The notes under the pieces were generated by a model. That model saw only the letters and a program-made list of their open reading frames with translations. It made no database searches and was not told the DNA's origin. Made by a program: the position numbers and the translations under genes. A DNA stretch of 64,000 bases from Amoebidium appalachense (taxonomy: Eukaryota > Protista > Ichthyosporea): positions 5,475,921 to 5,539,920 of the forward strand of contig CAVNZM010000011.1 of the NCBI GenBank assembly GCA_963693365.1, in the 5' to 3' direction. Positions 42,866 through 64,000 of this stretch are shown in pieces. The number at the start of each line of letters is the position of its first letter. Position 1 is the stretch's first letter.

Positions 42866-45649
42866 AAGGAGAGAGAGAGAGAGAGAGAGAGACGGAGAGA
42901 GAGAGAGCCTCTGCGAGAGAGAGGGAGGGGAAGAGAGAGAGAGTGCATGTATGTGTAAAGAGAGAGAGGGAGAGGATCGACACCGGGGGGAAGGGGGGAG
43001 GGGGAGGGGGGGGGGGGAGGAGAGCTGTTTGTGACACCGTTTGTGTGAAAGATGGGAGAAGAAGAAAAAAAAGAAGAGAAAAAAGGCAGGATCGAATCCC
43101 CTCGTGGGACGGCAGGAAGGGGGGGGGGGGGGGGGGGGGGGGGGGGAGGAGTTGGAGGAGGAGCACGTTATATATATATACACAGTGTGCAGGCTCCGTA
43201 GTAACTTGAACGGGTGTGAATGAAAACGCTCTGGTTGTTGAGCCAGGCCTACGCCCAGTAATTACAGTTCTCTTAGGGTGGGTGGGTGGGTGTGTGGGTG
43301 GGTGGGTGGTGGTGGGGGGTGTGGGGGGAGGAGGGGGGGGGGAAGGGGGGAGGGGGGGGGGGGGGGGGGGGGAAGGGGGGGGGGCAGTGCTCAGGTCACC
43401 ATGCTAGTAACGGGAACCTAAAGCACTCCGGAATAACTGAGCTGAGAACTGTCATGAAGTTTGCACAAAATTTCATGGCCGCGGTAGATTAGGTGACACT
43501 CATGTAGTAATCAGGGATCCAAGGATTTTTGGGATAAATAGTCGCAATGGCTGTGTCAACTATGATGCAACCAAAATTTGTTGTGCGTACATCAAGCTGT
43601 GCATACCGTGGGTTATCCGTGGGAGTTGTGTATAATCATGTCTACGGTGAGCTTGTGGGCATGTGTGTCACCTGTATGTGTGCGTGTGTTCATGGGTGTG
43701 TGTGCGTGCATAGGGATGTGTGTGCGAATGAGTGTGCGTGTAGACGTGTGTGTACCCGGTTAGTAAGTGTACGTTGTGCAGGTAGTCTTTGTGAATGGGC
43801 GTGCGTGTGCGTGTGCGTTGGTGTGGGTGCACGTGCACATTGTGGGTGTTTGTGCGCGTGTGTGTGCAGCCCGCCGCCTTATGGGGGCATGTGCATGTGC
43901 ACCCGTGTGTGTGTGCTTTAACTGTAAAGTTTATGTGAGCATGTGGTTCACAGTTATGACAAGGATACAGATGTGCGCACATGCAAGCAGTAACATGGAA
44001 ATTGGAGTCTGATGATTCTTCTACTACATACTTCACCCCTGACGTAACCACCACCACAAAACACTACTATAGCCGTGTTTGCTTTCGTTTTTGTCCATTT
44101 ACTCTCGTTGCATGTTCCTGTTGTTGCCATGATATAAGAAACCACCCGCGGCTCTCGCACACAATTGCAAACTCCAGTCCGACGACTCACAGAGTCACGA
44201 GTTCATGCACGGCCCTCTGAACACACGGCCTTGGCGCAGAACGTCACTCGTGAACCACTTTTCAGATCCGGATGGTCAGATCGTGCCGGGCACTTTCATA
44301 TTCCTGTACACACGTATCGATGTATCGCGAGTGCCTGTACAAAATGTTACCCAAAAGTACACGACGTTACACAAAAAGTAAAACAAAAACAAAAAGTAAA
44401 ACAAAAACATGCGTGCGAACACAATAATATTATACAGTGCAGAGCTACCCGCGAAAGCTCTAAGGCTGCCGAATACGAACCTCTAGAGAGCCAGCTTGAC
44501 TGTGAACGTGTTAGCGAGCTTCTTACATAGCGATTTGGACCCATCTCTGTGTGAAGAACAACTTACATTATAACCATACTGTCAGAAAGGCAAAAACGTT
44601 TAAAAGAAGGTTAATTTGCCCAACAGTGTGAACGCTGGACCAAGTTTTGTAAGATACCGGCAGCCGCATGCGGGGTTCCCGTCTGCGAAACAGGGGCGGA
44701 GGCCATGCCCCTCCTCTAGAGTGTGGCCCAGTGCAACACTTGAGCAAGGAAGTGCATACACTGGCCGTCTGTGCCTATAGCTAACAGAAGGGGGGAGGGG
44801 TGGGGTGGGGTGGGTGGGTGGGTGGGTGGGGGGGGGGGGGGGGGGGGGGGGGGGGGGCGAGAGTAAGAAACTCAGCGGGAGAGGGAGAGAGAGAGAAGGA
44901 AAGGGAGGGGGAGGGAGGGAGAGTGGAGAAGGAGGGGGGGAGGGGAGGGGGGGGAGGATAGATGAACTGCTTTGTGTGGGGTACAGTTTCTTGCGTCAAC
45001 AGGGAGAAGGGAGGGAGAAGGAGGGGGGAGAGAGAGAGAGAGGGGGGGGGGGGGGGGGGGGAGAGAGAGAGGGACGAGGCCTCGAGAGGGAGGGAGGGGG
45101 TGGGGTGAAAGGAGGGTAGGAGGAGGGGACAGTGAGAGGCGGGGGGAGAGAGAGGTAGAGAGAGACACACAGAGAGAAAGAGAGAGGGAGGGAGAAGGAA
45201 GGACAGGATTGAGCGAGGGTGTACAGGCCGAGGGATGGATGGAGAGAGGCGGCGGGGGGTAGGGAGGGGGGAAGGGCGGGGGGAGACAACCATAGAATTG
45301 TAGATCTTTGCATCTGCGTCTCAACAGGCACATGGCCTGGGGGGGGAAATGGAGCTTGAAGGGAGGAATAGAAGGGAGGGATGTATCATATAGTGGAGGG
45401 GGAGAGAGAGAGAGAGAGAGGGACGGACGAGGGAGCTCAAAGGAGAGGGAGGGAGGGAAGGAGGGAGGGCGAGAGTTTGGATATGTGAGCTGTGCGACCT
45501 GTGAGATTAAGTTAGAGAAAAGAGAATAAAGGGGCGAGAGAGGTAACGAGTGGGTGTGTGTATTTGTGGGGGGTGGGGGGAGAGGGAGGGAGGGGGAGGG
45601 GGGGAGGGGGGGGGGGGGGAAGGCCGGGGTTGTGGTTGCCTCTCACTGT

Positions 45650-46335
45650 CCAGAGTTCGGAGGGGAGGGAGGAGATGGAACAGTTACGGGGGGATCTCAA
45701 AGTGCCTTCTGACTACTCTTATGAGATCGTGGTACTGTGCCGCAAGTAAACACGCGGGCTGCTGGACAACGAAAAAAAGAAGCTCTTTCAGCCGTTAATT
45801 AGATATCATAACCACAGGTTTGTAGCAAAACCCTCTGCACCCGTCTACTAACCTGAGTCACAACATAGAATCCCGTGCAGACACTACCTCTTCAGTGCAC
45901 TACGTCTGACATGGACAGATGCTTTCACGTGATCACTCATACTGCGCACCGTGATATCAACACGTCACTCAAAGAGTAAGCTATAACGTTAGGGACAGAA
46001 GGCAAGAAGCAAAGGCAGCCGGAAAACGGCAACAGCTACAATAAGGGCTCATTCGGAAAGTGCGCTCTTTAGGAAAGGAAATGAAAAGGATGCCACCCAA
46101 GACACAAACAGTGGGACTCAAACCTCGCCAACCAGCACGAAAAGCTTTGACCCACTCGTGTTTTTCGCTGATATTGCAGGCCAACAGCAAGGCCTACGGG
46201 ATCCTGCTCTGACGGCCTTGGCCAACATCCCAGGCCCTGCTCAACCTGGCTGCTATCGAGGCAGATCTAGGCTATGAGGTCGATGAGGAGGAGGAGGTTG
46301 CACCCTCCACGGCCAGTATAGAATCTGTAACTAAA
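45650..46335 (+). pseudogene. Decayed coding fragment, possibly a Mutator-type transposase with SWIM finger
   Basis: Coding-like reading with in-frame stops: SSEGREEMEQLRGDLKVPSDYSYEIVVLCRK*TRGLLDNEKKKLFQ...PESQHRIPCRHYLFSAL. IPCRH resembles the end of a SWIM CxC..CxH motif, and LCTR lies just upstream in another frame. Confidence 0.3.
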
Positions 46336-47597
46336 TATGTATGAACGTATGTATACATTATGTATGTATGTTTTAATGCACAGGCTTTTTATTTTTCGGT
46401 CAGTGTGCCCCACCAAGTTTTGGCTTGTTTCTTGCGAAGTGACTGAAGTTCGAGCGAAAACTCTAATATGCATGATTTGGACCATCCGAATCTGAAATTG
46501 ATGACGTAGCACTAATAGCCTGCGCCAAGGCCGTGTGTTCAGAGGGCCGTGGTTCATGTTGGCACACAGATGCCTGTGGTGCGCAGAGAACCAATCAACG
46601 GCAGCATTGGCTTCGATCATAGTGACTATTACCCTTTTTACATGACATTCACTTTGTTAAACATTTGTTGTATGGATTGTTAAAAATTAAAAACCAAAAA
46701 TGCAATCAAAAGGCGTGAATAAAGAGAAAATGTATGCTTCTGTGATGGTTGCGTTGTGCCGGTGTTTAGATCTGACGCAGAATTGCGCATATCGAACAAC
46801 CAAGTTTACCTGTCTGTACACTACGGCGTGCAAAAACCCCCAGAGTTGGTTTGCAACATGCAGCTTTGGGTTCACAAAGAGGTAAAAAACGTGAACTATA
46901 CAAGGAAAAATAGACATAGAATAGGGATAAGATACTATAAAACAAAAGGTGGACTCTAGAACTACTTGTTTTGTTATTCATCTATCGGTGCATTTTGAGA
47001 AGGATCTACGTCGAAACTTGGATACCCAGACAGTTCGAGTAGGCTACAGCCCTCGCCGTGGTCTATAATACTCCCTATAGCAACACCAATAAGGTATGGA
47101 CGCCTCTTCCCTTCCTTTCCACTCGATAACTTGCTATTTTGCTTGTGTGCAGGGCGAGCACAAAAACTGTTGAGAGGCTGGACCAGGTTACTAAGCTCCA
47201 CGCTCACACGGCCAAACTGCTGAAGGTTACATGGTGTAAGAAGTATAAAGATCAATTTTCTCGTTTGTCAATAAGCTGAAACTGTAACTTGCTTCGATCT
47301 CCCTTCCCTTTTCTTATTTCCCAACAATTTCAGCTTCCTCTTGTCTTTCTTAACACGGTCGACTCTAATTTAGATTGACACCACACGTGGGCATGAAGTC
47401 TTGAAACGCCCGTGATGTGTTCGGGGTTCCTCCAGAGTCACTAACGTTGCTCTAAAATCTAAAAGGGTGCTTTTTTGGTTCTGTTGAATACGTGAGCATG
47501 TTTCTATGCAAAACTTTGAACTGGCAAAGGAGGTAGGCCAGTTCACGATTGTGCTTTCTCACTTGATGTAAGGCAGTTTGTTAACCCATATGCACTT

Positions 47598-47604
47598 TAT
47601 AAAA
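47598..47604 (+). promoter_or_regulatory. TATA box of the coiled-coil gene
   Basis: TATAAAA lies 75 bp upstream of the ATG at 47673. Confidence 0.45.
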
Positions 47605-47672
47605 CACAGATTCATCTACCAGAGCTTCGGTCAAAAACGTGCTGTGCGCACACTACTGTAAGCTACGCCAGA

Positions 47673-48236
47673 ATGTCTGCCCTGTCAGTCGATAACAGGG
47701 TATGTGGTCTATGTGTCCTCCTTTTCACTGGCTCCTGAGTTGTGGCATACTGTACAGGTCTTGAGAAAGATAGCATCGGAAAGTTTGGCTTTGAGTGGGG
47801 GATTATCACACTTTGACAGGAAGGAACGGTATTTGTGGGGGGCGCCGGGGGGGGGGGAGGGGGGGAGCGGGGGAGAGAGAGATGAGGGATGGGAGAGGAG
47901 GGAAGGGGGGGCTCTACTGGCCCCGGGGAGCGGGGCGGAGGAGGAGGTGAGGGTAGGGGGTGAGCGGAAAGAGAAATAGTCGTGCGGGGAGAGGGGGACA
48001 AGAGATCAACTTAAGGAAAATAGGTGTGGTTTTTGTGCTGATGTTGGTGGTGGGGATTACACGTTATGTAAAAAAAATGGGGTGCAGGCGGGTATGGAAG
48101 GTGTGAAAAGTTATTCACAAGTTAAATCGCACTTTTCCTGGCCCCAGCACCAACTTTTTTTTTGCTATTGCATACTACATTGAAGACAAACACTCGGCAG
48201 GCATTACCTCGTTCCCTGCCAACCCTCCCCCCCCCC

Positions 48237-48267
<31 letters not shown>

Positions 48268-48898
48268 AGCCACACCCATCTCAATAGTTCCTTCCCTCAA
48301 CCACTGCATGCCCTATTCTCGACCGAATCTTTCTAAACTGCCATCTACGCCTTCCCTCTCAACCCGTTCAACTCCCTACCCGATTCACTGTGTCTGACTT
48401 TGCCATCCACGACCACAGAGTCTTCTCTTGTCGCCAAGTGCGAGCGTCCACCGAAGCAAAAGCGATGGCAAGACCAGGATACAAGCGGGTCTGTCCAAGT
48501 TTGCAGGCACCCTAAAACGTTCTCTCTCCACCGAGGTTTTGCCCCATGCGCGCCCGTCGGACGATTCCACCCGAACGATCAAAGACTTCCCCACCGTTTC
48601 AGATGGAATTAGTGGCTATGTGGATCTTTTGACGAGCCAGTTGAATGCAAAGAAGAAGGAGAGCAGCGAGCTCCAAGCCAAGGCGGAGGAGAAAGCGAGA
48701 GCGATTGAAAAGCTGAGGCAGCAGGTGGAGGCGGCGAGGGAGGAGGCCGGGAAGAGCGAACGCGCGCTCGGCGCAGTGGAGCAAGAAAACAAGATGTTGA
48801 GGGAGGAGTTGGAGAGGCATAGGAGGGAACTTGCGGAGGCGAAAGCAGAGAGCGCGCTGCTCAAGCGGATAGTCTCAGAGCCCATGGAGGGTGTCTGA
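47673..48898 (+). CDS. Two-exon, 168-aa coiled-coil protein of unknown function
   Basis: Exon 1 47673-47699 (MSALSVDNR|GTATGT) splices in phase to exon 2 48419-48898 (CTGAC branch, CACAG|). The protein has a Ser/basic N-half and an E/K/A/R-rich heptad C-half (LTSQLNAKKKESSELQAKAEEKARAIEKLRQQVE...LAEAKAESALLKRIV). Confidence 0.75.
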
Positions 48899-49635
48899 GT
48901 GCGATTAGCGGCGGGTGGCCATGGGGATGGTTTTGTGAACTGGGGATTTGGTTGAGGGGGGGAGGGGGGGGGGGGGGGGGGGGAGGTTGTAAGGGAGTTG
49001 AGCTATTATGCGGAAGTATGCAGGATGCGGAAATATGCAGGCATGCACAAACATGCCGGCACACACACATAGAGACACGTGCTTGCGCGCACACATGATG
49101 CGCCACACACAGGCGCACACAGACACACGCAAAAACACACACACACTCACACTCACACTCACACACACTCATACCAGGTTATTAGGCACACACTTCATGC
49201 TCTGGAGGCCAGAGTTGCGACGGAGTGTGCACATTGACCCTCTGGTTGTTTTGAAATGGGTTGGCTCTACGTTTTATTTGATTCAACCATGATGTTTTTG
49301 ACATTATACTATGATTTCACGAATGCCCGAGATCCTGGATCTATCCCTATGTAGCGACAAATTTGATTTCAAGTAGTGTTTCATACCGATTTGCGGAATT
49401 GTTTTACCTTTCACATAGATTTTACAAGCAGCGTGTATGCCTTTTGTGTGGGACATGGTAAGAACTTCTGTATAGTAGCGCTGTAAAGCCTCATTTCGTT
49501 TATCAATACATACATATCCCAAGTGGTGGTCAAGTTGTTTGGCATGGTGGCTCTATGAAATATTCCAAGCCATTTCTATGGGCTATTGCAACTTCGAGAA
49601 GTAAATATGCAAATGCTATGTTTGTGAAGCATTCC

Positions 49636-49677
<42 letters not shown>

Positions 49678-50029
49678 CCACCACCACCAGCACCACTGCA
49701 CACACGCACAAACACACATACAGTACACACACACCTCTGCCCCCGCCTTTCCCCTCGAACGAGCAAAATTGATCACAGACATGTCAGACGATAAAGACGA
49801 AATGAAGAGACCCTCGTCACATTTCCTTCCTTAACAATTCTGTTTTTGATATTAGACACATCTCTATGCATACAAGCGTATGTACTGTACGGAAAGGCCG
49901 GCCCCGATGACTAAGTCACTGTGAAAGAAAAAAAATTTATGCTCTGTTTCGATCGTGTGAAAGAAGGAAGACACAGAATCGATGCCTCCTAGAGCGTGAT
50001 CTAGGAGGACCTGGTCAATCTACACGATG

Positions 50030-50068
50030 ATTGGATATGGGCGCACCGCGTCAAAAAAAGGAGCCAAT
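50030..50068. promoter_or_regulatory. Inverted double CCAAT module upstream of the right-hand gene
   Basis: ATTGG-N6-GCGCACCGC-N14-CCAAT, with the same geometry as 14920-14958. Confidence 0.5.
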
Positions 50069-50821
50069 CAGATGCGATTTTGGTTCGGTTACAAGGTGTA
50101 GGGGGAACGGCGCGCAACTGTGTCAGTTTTAGAACTGTGTAGAGTCACACAATATGCCAGAGTATCATAGTTACATAGTAGGTTATGTTTTACGTAAAAA
50201 AAATATAATAACAAAGTGAATTAATCTTAACGAGTTGCAATTCTCATAAATTATGCGTGTTCCTATGTTTTGGGGTCATGTGGACGTACATAGCGGATGC
50301 TCCTAGATTAATGGGTCACAGTGGACTTACGTCCTTTCGAAATTAGTGTTCATTATGATGTGCACCTTTTCGGCACCGGCCATAACACTTCACTAAAGAA
50401 ACGTAGTCTATTGAATAACCGATACCACTTTTCAAACGGGTGGCATTAATTACTTGTTACAAGGTCTTACTGCTCAGGATTTACATGCAAAATCAGGGGC
50501 AGGTGAAACGCCTGTTCCGGTAGTTAGCGAAAGCAAGGGCATAGGGCCGCTCTCAGCTAGAAAGTCACACAAGCAGAAGAGGGTTGCTAACGAGAAAACA
50601 AGGGCGGGTAAGATAGTGTCGCATTTTGCCAAAACATGAGTGTCGAGGTTAAGGTTACGCGTCCATCCCAGGCAGGTGCCCCCCAAGATCCCAAAAGTCA
50701 AAACGTGTGTGCTCATTTGTTATGGGGTGGTTCAAAAAGCCCTTCGGGATGGTCATTTAAATGGCGCCCCCAAAAATGCTAATATCTTTTATAGTTGATC
50801 AAGTTTAGGTTAATCAGCTGC

Positions 50822-64000
<13,179 letters not shown>

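Noticed and set aside
49985-50014. Hairpin CCTCCTAGA-N6-TCTAGGAGG as a Helitron 3' end
   Set aside because: The nearest CTRR is only 2 nt from the stem rather than ~10, and no matching 5' TC end could be identified.

Overview
Eukaryotic nuclear DNA with GT-AG introns packed with poly-C/poly-G, (CA)n/(GT)n and (GA)n tracts, so almost all ORFs in the six-frame track are microsatellite artefacts. Manual splicing gives five genes. (1) The last exon of a probable COX6A gene (380-433). (2) A minus-strand BAH-like + Tudor chromatin-reader ORF with an RVxF motif (9942-10775). (3) A 28-exon gene of about 1330 codons (15642-40611) encoding ankyrin repeats, a Pro/Gln-rich linker, a coiled coil, a non-RD IRAK/Pelle-type kinase and a C-terminal C3HC4 RING; it has one unresolved frame break. 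(4) A two-exon coiled-coil gene (47673-48898). (5) A Ser/Pro-rich multi-exon gene with a tandemly duplicated 45-nt exon, running off the right edge (50822 to beyond 64000). Mobile DNA: a PIF/Harbinger-type element (1666-5991, TTA TSD) with a nested piggyBac-like element (2563-5840, CTAA TSD), a 378-bp MITE (14475-14852), a 31-bp palindrome resembling a P-element excision footprint (41670-41700) and a dispersed intronic repeat family. The organism cannot be fixed from this window; a unicellular holozoan/opisthokont or a streptophyte alga are both plausible. All calls are from reading by eye; no database searches were run.
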